Of a DNA stretch of 32,790 nt, positions 18,161-27,765 are shown in pieces. The notes beneath the pieces are model-generated. The model worked only from the letters and a program-made list of their open reading frames with translations. It searched no databases and was not told the DNA's origin. Origin of the DNA: an uncultured Candidatus Saccharibacteria bacterium (GTDB taxonomy: Bacteria > Patescibacteriota > Saccharimonadia > Saccharimonadales > Saccharimonadaceae); contig CAJZIB010000001.1 in the NCBI GenBank assembly GCA_916049555.1, forward strand, positions 1 through 32,790. Direction: 5' to 3'. The position numbers and the translations under genes were made by a program. Within the stretch, counting starts at the first letter, position 1, and each line of letters opens with the position of its first letter.

Positions 18161-18790
18161 TTAGAACAGTTTGTCAAAGTTTTCGACCGTAAATCCGAGT
18201 ATTTCAACCACTTGCGGTCTTTCGCTCTCGCCATTAAAGTATTCTTCACTGAAGGCATCGATCTCGTCTCTGTATCGAGTTGCTGCCAGTGCGATGCTTA
18301 CCTGAATTTCATGCGGGGTCGGTTTTCTGACCTTGCGGTAGAAAGTGCGGATCTTTGCCGGATCAGCGAGACTTTCTGTGCTCCATCTGGTGGAAATCTT
18401 CGCGCGGCATTTGTCGTAATCCGGCCGATGTAAATATCTCATTCTCACCTTAGACACATCTTGCAAAATGTCGTAGATATCGCCAACTGCCCCCTCTCTG
18501 CGCTCAATCGCCTGATAGAGCACGTCATCTTCATGGAAGAAATAATCTTCCGCCATGTTTTGCACCAACGAGAACCTCAAGAAGTTCCCCCCGTCCTGCT
18601 CGACGTAGAAGAATACGTAGTCGATGTTCAAATCGAGGCGAATCTGTTTTCTGAGTGGCACCAGCTTCTCCTCAATAAGTCTGTTGCGAAACAAATCTCG
18701 CGCCTTCTGGATCTCGGTCTCATCCTCACCTGTGAAACCATCCATCTTGATCAAAAGATAGTGATTATCTATCTGCATCTGCTGTTCCAT
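18161..18790 (-). CDS. Hypothetical cytoplasmic protein
   Basis: 209-aa ORF with SD agaaagga, its own promoter (TTTACA-17-TATAAT at 18921-18893) and its own terminator. No recognised domain. Confidence 0.8.
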   Translation of the reverse strand: MEQQMQIDNHYLLIKMDGFTGEDETEIQKARDLFRNRLIEEKLVPLRKQIRLDLNIDYVFFYVEQDGGNFLRFSLVQNMAEDYFFHEDDVLYQAIERREGAVGDIYDILQDVSKVRMRYLHRPDYDKCRAKISTRWSTESLADPAKIRTFYRKVRKPTPHEIQVSIALAATRYRDEIDAFSEEYFNGESERPQVVEILGFTVENFDKLF

Positions 18791-19004
18791 ATAATGGTCC
18801 TTTCTTAATGTGCGTGAATTATCGGTTCAACTTGTTCTAAGGCCGCTCCCCTCCTTTCGGTCTTCAATAATAGACATCTTAGAACATCTTATATTATAAC
18901 ATGAAAACCATAATCTGTAAAACAAACGCCTGAGTTAACATCTCAAGTGCAACACTAACCAACAAAAAGGCTTTTCATGATACAATTAATCCATAACAAT
19001 AAAA

Positions 19005-19067
19005 GGGAAGACGGCGGATAAGTCTTCTAGACCCAGCTTTTCTAGAGTAGTTATCTGGTGTTTTCCC
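19005..19067 (+). promoter_or_regulatory. Long hairpin in the pnp 5' leader
   Basis: Nested stems gggaagac/gttttccc, cggataa/ttatctg and ttctaga/tctagag immediately before SD aaagga. Extended -10 TGaTACAAT at 18978-18986. Confidence 0.65.
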
Positions 19068-19080
19068 AAGAAAGGAATCA

Positions 19081-21246
19081 ATGGAAATAATCAATCCAAC
19101 CGGCAAGCACACCTTCAGTGTGTCAACCGATTTTTGTGGTCGTGAATTGAAACTTGAAGTCAATCGCGTTGGTTTTCGCACCACTTCATCTGTTTTAGTT
19201 ACCTATGGCGATACTGTCGTTCTCGGTTCAGTCGTTGTTAGTGAAAAACCTGTCGTACAGGATTTCTTCCCACTTTCAATCGACTATGAAGAAAAATTCT
19301 ATGCAGCTGGCAAAATCTCTGGCTCAAAATTCATCAAGCGTGAAGGCAAACCTGCTGATGAGGCAGTGTTGATTGGTCGCCTCATTGATCGCCCAATTCG
19401 CCCACTTTTCCCTAAAGGCTATCGTCAAGAAGTTCAAGTTGTCACTACTGTCCTCTCAATGGACCCAAGTTTCCGTCCTGATGTCGTGGCGATGATTGCC
19501 GCTTCCTCAGCTCTTTTAAATGCTGGTGTGCCATTTGACGGCCCAGTCGCAGGCCTTCGCATTGGTCGTGTGAACGGTGAATTCAAGGCCTTCCTCACCA
19601 AGGAAGAACGTGAAGCTTCCGATCTAGACCTCGTGGTTGCTGTTAAAGACCAAAAAGTTGTCATGGTCGAAGCTGGTGCTAATGAGGTTCCAGAACAGGT
19701 TATCATTGATGCTATGCGTTGGGCCGTTGAAATGGCGCAACCAGCTCTCGCCCTTCAGAGAGAATTGAAGGAAAAACTCAATGTGGTTGAAAAACCATAT
19801 GAACTCAGCCTCCCAGATGCAGCAGTTGCTGAAAAAGTTGAAAACTGGACTCGTGAACACTTTAAGGGTGAAGACGGCAAGACTGGCACTAAAATCCGCG
19901 GTAATGTACTTGATCGTAAACGTATTGCCGATGAATTAAGAGACCAGATGGACGCGGAATTTGCGCTTGAACTTGGCGAAGGTGAAACCGACGAAGAGAA
20001 AATCGCAGATTACGACGCTCGCTTGAAGGATGAATATCACAATGCTTATGAATTAGCTATCCATCATGAAGTCCGCCGCGCCATCGTTGAAGATAATGTT
20101 CGTCCTGACGGCCGCAGGCTCAATGAGGTTCGTCCGCTCAGCTCTCAGGTTGCCATCCTTCCACGCGTACATGGTTCTTCACTCTTTACTCGTGGTCTCA
20201 CTCAAGCCATGAACATTGTCACCCTCGCTCCTCTTTCATATGCTCAGATTGTCGACACTATGGAAGTCACCGATGGTGAACGCCGCTACATGCACCACTA
20301 TAATGCACCTAGCTACACCGTTGGTGAAACTGGCCGCATCGGTTCTCCAGGTCGTCGGGAAATCGGCCACGGCTATCTTGCCGAGCGCGCCCTTCTCCCA
20401 GTACTTCCATCCAAGGAAGACTTCCCATACGCCATCCGTTCCGTCACCGAAATCATGTCTCAAAACGGTTCCACCTCAATGGCTGCCACTTGTTCATCTT
20501 GTCTTGCACTTATGGACGCCGGCGTTCCACTTAAGGAGCCTGTCTCTGGTGTTGCTATGGGCTTGATGCTTGATGGCGAAACTCCACACGTTCTAACCGA
20601 CCTCATGGATGCCGAAGATTTTGCTGGTGATATGGACTTCAAGGTTACTGGTACCAAGAACGGTATTACCGCCCTCCAGATGGATATGAAGGTCCATGGT
20701 CTCCCTGTTGATATTCTTGAAAAAGCCATTCAGCAATCTCACGAAGGTCGCATGTTTATTCTCGGCCACATGCTATCCGTACTTTCTGCTCCACGTGCTG
20801 AGCTCTCACCATACGCTCCACGTATCGAAAAACTCATGGTCAAACCTGAGAAGATCGGTGCCGTGATTGGTAAAGGTGGCGAGATGATTAATAAAATCAC
20901 CTCTGAAACTGGCGCTGAAGTTGATATTGATGACTCTGGTCTCATCACTGTTTCTGGCACTGACGCTGAGAAAATCAAGCGCGCCATCGACTGGATTCGC
21001 AGTCTCGTTGAAGAGCCGGAAGTTGGTAAGATTTATCGTGGTAAGGTAGTGAATATTAAAGATTTTGGTGCTTTCGTGAACATTCTTCCAGGCATCGACG
21101 GTATGCTTCACATTTCTCAAATTTCTGAGAAACGCCTTGATAAGGTTGAAGATGCGCTCCACCTCGGCGATGAGGTGAATGTGCGTCTCGACTCGATTGA
21201 CGATAAGGGTCGTCTCTCCCTCAGCATGCGCCGCGTTGAACAATAG
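19081..21246 (+). CDS. pnp: Polyribonucleotide nucleotidyltransferase
   Basis: DFFPLSIDYEEKFYAAGKI, RLIDRPIRPLFP, RREIGHG.LAERAL, EDFAGDMDFKV.GT, KH (GKGG) and S1 domains. Confidence 0.98.
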   Translation: MEIINPTGKHTFSVSTDFCGRELKLEVNRVGFRTTSSVLVTYGDTVVLGSVVVSEKPVVQDFFPLSIDYEEKFYAAGKISGSKFIKREGKPADEAVLIGRLIDRPIRPLFPKGYRQEVQVVTTVLSMDPSFRPDVVAMIAASSALLNAGVPFDGPVAGLRIGRVNGEFKAFLTKEEREASDLDLVVAVKDQKVVMVEAGANEVPEQVIIDAMRWAVEMAQPALALQRELKEKLNVVEKPYELSLPDAAVAEKVENWTREHFKGEDGKTGTKIRGNVLDRKRIADELRDQMDAEFALELGEGETDEEKIADYDARLKDEYHNAYELAIHHEVRRAIVEDNVRPDGRRLNEVRPLSSQVAILPRVHGSSLFTRGLTQAMNIVTLAPLSYAQIVDTMEVTDGERRYMHHYNAPSYTVGETGRIGSPGRREIGHGYLAERALLPVLPSKEDFPYAIRSVTEIMSQNGSTSMAATCSSCLALMDAGVPLKEPVSGVAMGLMLDGETPHVLTDLMDAEDFAGDMDFKVTGTKNGITALQMDMKVHGLPVDILEKAIQQSHEGRMFILGHMLSVLSAPRAELSPYAPRIEKLMVKPEKIGAVIGKGGEMINKITSETGAEVDIDDSGLITVSGTDAEKIKRAIDWIRSLVEEPEVGKIYRGKVVNIKDFGAFVNILPGIDGMLHISQISEKRLDKVEDALHLGDEVNVRLDSIDDKGRLSLSMRRVEQ

Positions 21247-21290
21247 ATCGCGCTAAGCGGCGTTTCATGCGCCGCTTTATCGCTTCAATG

Positions 21291-21323
21291 AAAAAAGATT
21301 GGTCGTATGGCCAATCTTTTTTA
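21291..21323. terminator. Bidirectional terminator after pnp
   Basis: aaaaaagattggtc-gtat-ggccaatctttttt, preceded by a second hairpin aagcggcg/cgccgctt at about 21255-21277. Confidence 0.85.
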
Positions 21324-21341
21324 TTCTAAAGCCTTAATTCT

Positions 21342-21398
21342 AAATCAAGTTAAATCAAGTTAAAACAAGTCAAATCAAGTCAGGATAAGTTAGGATAG
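21342..21398. repeat. Degenerate 10-nt tandem repeat
   Basis: aaatcaagtt aaatcaagtt aaaacaagtc aaatcaagtc aggataagtt aggatag. Confidence 0.8.
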
Positions 21399-21413
21399 GG
21401 CTCATTTCCAGGC

Positions 21414-22157
21414 TTATAAGTCAACGAAGCCGTTATTTTCCTTAACTTTTTCATCACGGCAAGTCATGGCTGGATTACCATTTGGATCTTTCACTCCGCG
21501 GTAAACTTCCTTTACTTCAGGAGAAAGATTTTCGCAAAGATCTGGGGCATGTCCGGCGGTTGCAAATTTCCATTCACCATTTGGTAATGCACGGTAATAC
21601 ATTGCAAGATGACCGCCACCGCCACCTTCGACACGGGTCGCACCAGTTGTTGGGTTAGTTATTACTTCGTAATTCATATGTTCGCTTGCCACTGCAAATA
21701 GATAGGTTGCGTCCTTGTTAGTGTAAAGTTTAGTCAAGCTTACGATTGGCCAGCTATCTTTAATCTCAAAACCCTCATCATTCTTGCCAGACATCTTTTG
21801 AGTCCTAGCCTTAATAAAATTCATAAGATCACCAACCCGCGTATCCATAGCCATTGGCTTAACGATCTCAGTTACTTTCGCATTCTCGACATTTTCTACT
21901 GCCTTTGTGCCTGTGGCGAGCTCATATTTTGAAATCACCTCGTTCGCCTTAACGAGAGCTTCCTTTGAATTCTTTACCTCACCTTCCAGTTTGTTTTTCT
22001 GATCGTTAACCCTGATCGTGGTATAAATCAAACCGCCAAGACAGGCAAGAATTATTAAACAAAAAACCGCAGCTATTTTTTTATTGCCACGGCCCGCTCG
22101 AGAATCTCGCTCCTCACTACTGATATTTATAATATTATCTGCATCGTTTCGATCCAT
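21414..22157 (-). CDS. Single-pass membrane hypothetical protein
   Basis: SD aaaggag, one TM helix (IAAVFCLIILACLGGLIY), a coiled-coil-like segment and a C-terminal Cys pair. Confidence 0.85.
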   Translation of the reverse strand: MDRNDADNIINISSEERDSRAGRGNKKIAAVFCLIILACLGGLIYTTIRVNDQKNKLEGEVKNSKEALVKANEVISKYELATGTKAVENVENAKVTEIVKPMAMDTRVGDLMNFIKARTQKMSGKNDEGFEIKDSWPIVSLTKLYTNKDATYLFAVASEHMNYEVITNPTTGATRVEGGGGGHLAMYYRALPNGEWKFATAGHAPDLCENLSPEVKEVYRGVKDPNGNPAMTCRDEKVKENNGFVDL

Positions 22158-22242
22158 ATATCTCCTTTAATCAACTATAACATAAACAATTTTTTCCGCT
22201 AGTCCCTCACCCTATCTATAATTATTATGCTATAATCTGTCT

Positions 22243-24489
22243 ATGGTTAAACGAAAAAAAGGTCGACGCAAATCTTCCCGTGAGGTAGTTCCAGAACACG
22301 AATTACCAGGCGGTTTTTGGCGTCAAGTCTCAGCAGTTCTTATGATTGCCATCTCTATCGTACTCGTGATGACTTGGTTCGGTAGTGGCGGCACTCTTCT
22401 TAACGATTTTCATAAATTCGGCCTCTGGTTGATTGGCTATGCCACTTTTGCCATCCCCGTGATCCTGGTTTATCTTGCCGTGAAAATCTTCCGCACCACA
22501 GATAATCGACTCCCCGCCGTCATCTGGGTCGTTTCGTTCTTAATGATTTTCTGGCTCTCTGGACTCTTTGGTCTGCCAACTTATGGTAACTCTGCTACAC
22601 AAACTGGTGGTATCCTTGGGGTTTGGTTAAATAGTATGGTCACACAAATTCTCAACCCAAGTGTTGCCGCCTTTATCTATATTGTTTTAATCTTTATCAC
22701 CGCAATTTTCATCCTCCAGCTTTCTCCGGCCGCCGTCTTTCGTGATATTGCCAACATTTTCAAAACCACCAAGCGTGATGAAGATGCTGAAAATGCTCGC
22801 ATTGCCCGCCGCGCTCAGGCTGAGGATGCGGTTAACGCTGGAGCTCTGGGTCCTCTTAAGATCAAAGCTAATGGCGTCGAAGTTACTGCCGAAGAATTAA
22901 AAGCCGCACCAAAAATCGAAGTTAAAAAACCGGTTGCTGCCGCCCCTGTTGAGGCTGAACCTGAACGCGCTCTCATTGCCGTTTCTGATCCAAACTGGAA
23001 AATGCCTTCAACCGACCTGCTTTCGAAAAAACAGAATCCGCCAGATGGAGGCAATATTCAGCAGAATGCCTTTATCATTAACTCCACCTTTGCCGACTTT
23101 GGTATTGAGGTGAAACTTGATGGTGCTAACGTTGGCCCTCGTGTCACTCAATATACAATTCAGCCACCAACTGGCGTAGTCCTTTCGAAAATCGCCGCTC
23201 GCGACAAGGAGCTTGCGCTTAATCTTGCCGTCGATAAGGTCCGTATTGAGGCACCAATTCCTGGTACTCGCCTGGTTGGTATCGAGATTCCAAACGTCCG
23301 CCCAGCCGACGTCACTCTACGTTCAATTCTCGAGAGTAATGAATGGAAGAAGGAAACTAACCCGCTCTCTTTTGCGGTTGGTAAAGATATTTCTGGTAAT
23401 CCTGTCATCGCCAATCTTGCCAAAATGCCACACCTCCTGATCGCCGGTACTACTGGTTCTGGTAAGTCTGTCATGACCAACACCCTCATCTCCTCCTTGC
23501 TTTACCGCAATGCCCCAAGCGACATGAAGCTGATCATTGTTGACCCGAAGCAAGTAGAAATGGTGCAATATAATGACATTCCACATCTCTTAACGCCAAT
23601 TATCAACTCCACTGAAAAATCTCTCTCCGCCATGAAATGGGCTGTGAATGAGATGGAGCGCCGATATACTCTTATGGCTGAAGAGAAGGTTAAGAAAATT
23701 GAAGATTATAATGAAAAACTTCATAAAAAATCTGCCACCATTACCGATGAAGATAATAATGAGCAGCAGCATGATGGCGGCAAGATGCCATACATCGTCA
23801 TCGTGATCGACGAGATGGCCGACTTGATGATGCAGGCAGGGAAAGACCTCGAGCAATTGATTGTTCGTATCGCACAGAAAGGTCGTGCCTCTGGTATCCA
23901 TCTCGTACTCGCAACCCAGCGTCCTGAGGTTAAAGTGATTACCGGTCTAATCAAGGCCAACGTTCCAGGTCGTATCGCCTTCGCCGTGAATAATAATACC
24001 GACTCTCGCATTATGCTTGATATGGGTGGTGCCGAGAAGTTGCTTGGTAAAGGCGATATGCTAATGCTAACCACTGAGATGATGGGTAAGCCTCGTCGTA
24101 TCCAGGGTGCTTATGCTTCCGATAGCGATGTTGAAAAACTTACCAACTTCCTCCGTGAGCAGCGCGCGCCTGAATATAACAACGAAGTGATTTCTCAAGC
24201 CGTCCAGATTAAGGGTATCGGCCCAACCGATGGTGGTGGTTTTGGTGACCTCGGTCGTAAATACGATCCACACGACCCAGTCGTCCGAAAGGCAATCGAA
24301 ATTACTCTCACCAAAGGTAAATTCTCTACCGCCATGTTGCAAACCTATCTCGGTAAAGGCCACGGTTTTGTCTCTGGTCTGGCTATCTGGCTGGAAGAGA
24401 TTGGCGTTATCGGTCCGGCCAACGGCAACAAACCACGCGACGTCATGATCAAAAACCTAGACGAATTCGACCAGCTCGCCGGCGGATAG
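22243..24489 (+). CDS. ftsK: DNA translocase FtsK/SpoIIIE
   Basis: 4-TM N terminus, GPRVTQY, MPHLLIAGTTGSGKS, DPKQVE, IDEMADLMM, ATQRP, GAEKLLGKGDML and gamma domain. Confidence 0.97.
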   Translation: MVKRKKGRRKSSREVVPEHELPGGFWRQVSAVLMIAISIVLVMTWFGSGGTLLNDFHKFGLWLIGYATFAIPVILVYLAVKIFRTTDNRLPAVIWVVSFLMIFWLSGLFGLPTYGNSATQTGGILGVWLNSMVTQILNPSVAAFIYIVLIFITAIFILQLSPAAVFRDIANIFKTTKRDEDAENARIARRAQAEDAVNAGALGPLKIKANGVEVTAEELKAAPKIEVKKPVAAAPVEAEPERALIAVSDPNWKMPSTDLLSKKQNPPDGGNIQQNAFIINSTFADFGIEVKLDGANVGPRVTQYTIQPPTGVVLSKIAARDKELALNLAVDKVRIEAPIPGTRLVGIEIPNVRPADVTLRSILESNEWKKETNPLSFAVGKDISGNPVIANLAKMPHLLIAGTTGSGKSVMTNTLISSLLYRNAPSDMKLIIVDPKQVEMVQYNDIPHLLTPIINSTEKSLSAMKWAVNEMERRYTLMAEEKVKKIEDYNEKLHKKSATITDEDNNEQQHDGGKMPYIVIVIDEMADLMMQAGKDLEQLIVRIAQKGRASGIHLVLATQRPEVKVITGLIKANVPGRIAFAVNNNTDSRIMLDMGGAEKLLGKGDMLMLTTEMMGKPRRIQGAYASDSDVEKLTNFLREQRAPEYNNEVISQAVQIKGIGPTDGGGFGDLGRKYDPHDPVVRKAIEITLTKGKFSTAMLQTYLGKGHGFVSGLAIWLEEIGVIGPANGNKPRDVMIKNLDEFDQLAGG

Positions 24490-24491
24490 AT

Positions 24492-24522
24492 AAAAATATA
24501 GCCTCAAAAGGCTATATTTTTT
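24492..24522 (+). terminator. ftsK terminator
   Basis: aaaaatatagcct-caaa-aggctatattttt. Confidence 0.85.
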
Positions 24523-24565
24523 ATTTCGTTTATGCTAAAATAGAAGCACTAACAAGGTACATATT

Positions 24566-26563
24566 ATGAAACAAACACAAAGCGCGGGTAATTTTGCCTG
24601 CAAACTTTCGATATTCTCGAGGTTAGCGCGCCTCAAAAATCTTCTCAGCACAAAACGCGCAAGAATAATCACTACAGTATTCGCATTTTTTACATCACTC
24701 CTTTCTCTATGCTTCTTACAGAATCCTAACTTCGCCAGTCTCCTCCGCACTCCAGCCACCTACTTAAATATCTCCACCTCCACCCCAAATGTCGATTTTC
24801 AGTTCAACCAGTCCGAACTCTCCGCCTCTGCATTCAAAACAAATAATGTCACCGTCAATATTCAGACTGATAACGCCACTGGTGCTACCACCTATATTTC
24901 GAGCGTCGATGAGGCTACCAGTCTAGTTCATGCTGATTCTGGTGTATCTGATAGTATTGCTTCAATTTCCACCCCACTCCTCTCGACCGCCTTCACTGGT
25001 AAAACATGGGGCTACCGCGTTGGTTCTCTCGCCACCACAGCTTTTAATCCAATCCCAAAAGCCAGCGCCCCTGCTGAGATTTTAAACACCACCTCCGCTA
25101 CTTCAGCATCGAATAATATTAATATTGATTTTGGCGTCAAGGTCTCCCCAGATCTATCCTCTGGAACTTATTCTAAGCAAATCTTGTTCACCACCACTAC
25201 AAATTACGTACAGACCTATACGAAATTCTTACCTGGTCCTGCTTTTAATGCTATTCTCACGGGATTAAGTTCAAACAATTATACTGATTATTTTAAACAT
25301 TCGCCTACGGCACCAGCTAATCTTGCCACTGCTCAAATCGTTTCAGTGGCTGGATCAGAACATCCGATTTATCTATGGTATGAAGCTACGGATAAGACAA
25401 TTTATTGGTGGAGTGCCGCTGATGTTGTTTATATGAATGAAGATGCTTCCTATATGTTTTCTCATGTTAATTATGGCGCGTATTATATTAATAAGGAAGT
25501 AGATGCGAGTGGCATTGATACCAGTAAAACTACAAACATGAGCCATCTTTTTTACTATGACAAACCTGGTGGTCTTGGTCTACAAGGTGTAAAAACTGAC
25601 GGGTTCAACACAAGTAACGTGACGGATATGAGCTACATGTTCTCAATGAATAATTATTTAGGCGATCAGTCTAATTCACCTGATCTTAGTACCTTTGATA
25701 CTAGTAAGGTCACCAATATGGAACATATGTTCGACGGTTCAAACTTCTATCATATTGACGTATCGACCTTTGACACAAGCAACGTGACAAATATGGACGG
25801 GATGTTTTCATCTAATCATAGAACATTAACCATTAATGTTGATAATTTTGATACCAAGAAAGTAACAAGTATGGCAAGAATGTTTTTTAATTGTCAAGCC
25901 ATATCCACCCTAGATGTATCTAGTTTTAGGAATAATCTAGTTACTAATATGTCTGGAATGTTTGAGAATAACAGATCTCTCACTTCATTAAATCTAACAG
26001 GTTTTAATACAGAACATGTTACAGATATGACTAAGATGTTCGCCGGAATGGAGAGTATTCCTAATTTAGACTTAACGGGCTTCGATACAAGCCAAGTAAC
26101 AGATATGACTCAAATGTTCGCTAATATGAAGACTATTAAGAATTTAAATCTCTCGTCATTTGATACTTCAAAAGTCACCACGATGGCAACTATGTTTGCT
26201 TCAATGTATAAAATTGAAAATCTAAATTTGTCATCATTCGATACTAGAAATGTCACAAATATGAAATATATGTTTAGCTATATTATGAGAGATGTAGCAA
26301 ACGGAGTTTTGGATCTTTCAAGCTTCAATACCCAAAGCCTTAATAATAGTATTAGTATGTTCAATGTGGCAAAAGTAAAAACAATCTATGTTTCACCATC
26401 TTTTACCAATACTTCTATTGGTGCCTCGACTTATATGTTCAGTAATGCTACTAATCTTGTCGGTGGTAACGGTACAACTTATTCTCCAAGCAATCCTAGA
26501 GATAAAACCTACGCTCGCATCGATGCCCCAGGCACCCCAGGCTACTTCACTCAAAAGCCATAA
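24566..26563 (+). CDS. BspA-type (DUF285) leucine-rich-repeat surface protein
   Basis: About 10 repeats of LDLS.FDTS.VT.M..MF, an N-terminal hydrophobic anchor and C-terminal LVGGNGT.Y...YARID.PG.PGYFT. Confidence 0.92.
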   Translation: MKQTQSAGNFACKLSIFSRLARLKNLLSTKRARIITTVFAFFTSLLSLCFLQNPNFASLLRTPATYLNISTSTPNVDFQFNQSELSASAFKTNNVTVNIQTDNATGATTYISSVDEATSLVHADSGVSDSIASISTPLLSTAFTGKTWGYRVGSLATTAFNPIPKASAPAEILNTTSATSASNNINIDFGVKVSPDLSSGTYSKQILFTTTTNYVQTYTKFLPGPAFNAILTGLSSNNYTDYFKHSPTAPANLATAQIVSVAGSEHPIYLWYEATDKTIYWWSAADVVYMNEDASYMFSHVNYGAYYINKEVDASGIDTSKTTNMSHLFYYDKPGGLGLQGVKTDGFNTSNVTDMSYMFSMNNYLGDQSNSPDLSTFDTSKVTNMEHMFDGSNFYHIDVSTFDTSNVTNMDGMFSSNHRTLTINVDNFDTKKVTSMARMFFNCQAISTLDVSSFRNNLVTNMSGMFENNRSLTSLNLTGFNTEHVTDMTKMFAGMESIPNLDLTGFDTSQVTDMTQMFANMKTIKNLNLSSFDTSKVTTMATMFASMYKIENLNLSSFDTRNVTNMKYMFSYIMRDVANGVLDLSSFNTQSLNNSISMFNVAKVKTIYVSPSFTNTSIGASTYMFSNATNLVGGNGTTYSPSNPRDKTYARIDAPGTPGYFTQKP

Positions 26564-26604
26564 CCCATAATCTATAACCCATAGTTCATAACTCATAACC
26601 CATC
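26557..26604. repeat. 7-nt tandem repeat starting at the bspA-like stop codon
   Basis: gccataa cccataa tctataa cccatag ttcataa ctcataa cccatc. Confidence 0.8.
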
Positions 26605-26646
26605 GCGCTTCGCTTGAGATTTTTTCCACAGTCTGCTATAATCACA

Positions 26647-26702
26647 GCATTATTAGCTCAGCAAGCGACTATGAGGTGTGCTTGCTTTAACCAAAGGAGT
26701 GC
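26647..26702 (+). promoter_or_regulatory. Probable S6:S18 ribosomal protein leader
   Basis: Promoter TTGAGA-17-TATAAT (26614-26642), stem agcaagc/gcttgct, unpaired CCA at 26691, and outer stem gcatt/agtgc overlapping SD ggag. Confidence 0.65.
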
Positions 26703-26705
26703 AAA

Positions 26706-27062
26706 GTGAAACAGTATGAACTTACTGTGTTGATTCATCCTGATTTGGAAATGAATCTAACACCAGCCCTAGACAAAATTAAGAAATTAATTGAGTCACA
26801 AGACGGTAAAATCGTAAAAGAGACCAACGAAGGTAAAAAGCGCCTTGCTTATACTATCAATAAGCAAGATTACGCTGTTTATTACTTCTACGAGCTCGAG
26901 CTTCCTGCTCAGGCCCCAGCAAAGATCTCTTCTACCTTGAATATTACCGATGAGGTTCTACGTTATCTCTTAGTCACTGTCGACGAACGCAAGGCTAAAT
27001 TTGAAGCTAAGCGCAAGGCTCGTGCAGAGAAAACTAAGAATACTGAAGAGTCAGCAGAATAA
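26706..27062 (+). CDS. rpsF: 30S ribosomal protein S6
   Basis: GTG start, YEL..LI.PDL, GKKRLAY.I.K, VLRYL. First gene of rpsF-ssb-rpsR. Confidence 0.96.
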   Translation: MKQYELTVLIHPDLEMNLTPALDKIKKLIESQDGKIVKETNEGKKRLAYTINKQDYAVYYFYELELPAQAPAKISSTLNITDEVLRYLLVTVDERKAKFEAKRKARAEKTKNTEESAE

Positions 27063-27079
27063 ATAATTTAGGAGGTTTT

Positions 27080-27523
27080 ATGGCGCGGGGATTTAGTAAG
27101 GCAATCATTACAGGGAACGTCGTTCGCGATCCTGAACTCAGAGCTACTTCTGGTGGCACTCAGGTCTGTTCTTTCTCTGTAGCAGTAAATTACAATTACG
27201 TACAAAACGGTGAGAAAAAAGAACAAGTTTCTTACATCAACTGTTCTGCATGGGGCAAGGCCGGCGAGGTAATTGCTCAGTACGCCAAAAAAGGCACTGG
27301 TATTCTCGTTTCCGGACGTCTTTCTCAGCGTGCTTTTGAAGATAAGGCCGGCGCAAAGCGTTCAGCTACTGAAATCGTCGTTGAAGATTTTAACTTCCTC
27401 GGCGGTGCCAGTGAGGGATCTTCTTCAAGAAGCTTCGCCAGTTCCAGTAATGATGAATCTGCTGATATCATCCCAGATGATATTCCAGATGAGCCTATCG
27501 ACCTCAGTGAGGTTCCATTCTAA
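27080..27523 (+). CDS. ssb: Single-stranded DNA-binding protein
   Basis: GN..RDPELR.T..G, AWGK..E, V.GRL and acidic C terminus ending PF. Confidence 0.97.
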   Translation: MARGFSKAIITGNVVRDPELRATSGGTQVCSFSVAVNYNYVQNGEKKEQVSYINCSAWGKAGEVIAQYAKKGTGILVSGRLSQRAFEDKAGAKRSATEIVVEDFNFLGGASEGSSSRSFASSSNDESADIIPDDIPDEPIDLSEVPF

Positions 27524-27552
27524 ACAATAATTAAGAGAGAGTTTTGAGAGAA

Positions 27553-27750
27553 ATGAAAAGAATTAAAAATGATCCAAATCTTTACTTCGACTATCGCGAT
27601 GTAAAGACTATGCAACGTTACATTGACGTTTATGGTCGCATTGAACCAATTTCAAAAACCGGTCTTTCTGCTAAACAGCAAAGACAATTAGCTGTCGCTA
27701 TCAAGCGTGCACGTCATCTTGCATTGCTTCCATTTGTGTCTGCCAACTAA
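27553..27750 (+). CDS. rpsR: 30S ribosomal protein S18 (no zinc-binding cysteines)
   Basis: DYRDV...RYI...GRI.P...[26 protein letters not shown] 27553 preferred over TTG 27544. Confidence 0.96.
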   Translation: MKRIKNDPNLYFDYRDVKTMQRYIDVYGRIEPISKTGLSAKQQRQLAVAIKRARHLALLPFVSAN

Positions 27751-27765
27751 TTTAGGAGAAAAACC

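Noticed and set aside
18842..18867. SRP-RNA-like gaccGAAAgg...agcgg on the minus strand
   Set aside because: Lacks the CAGG/AGCA symmetric loop and extended helix; treated as an mRNA leader.
25510..26360. Diversity-generating retroelement repeat pair
   Set aside because: The repeats are ordinary DUF285 protein repeats, with no adenine-specific mismatch pair and no reverse transcriptase.
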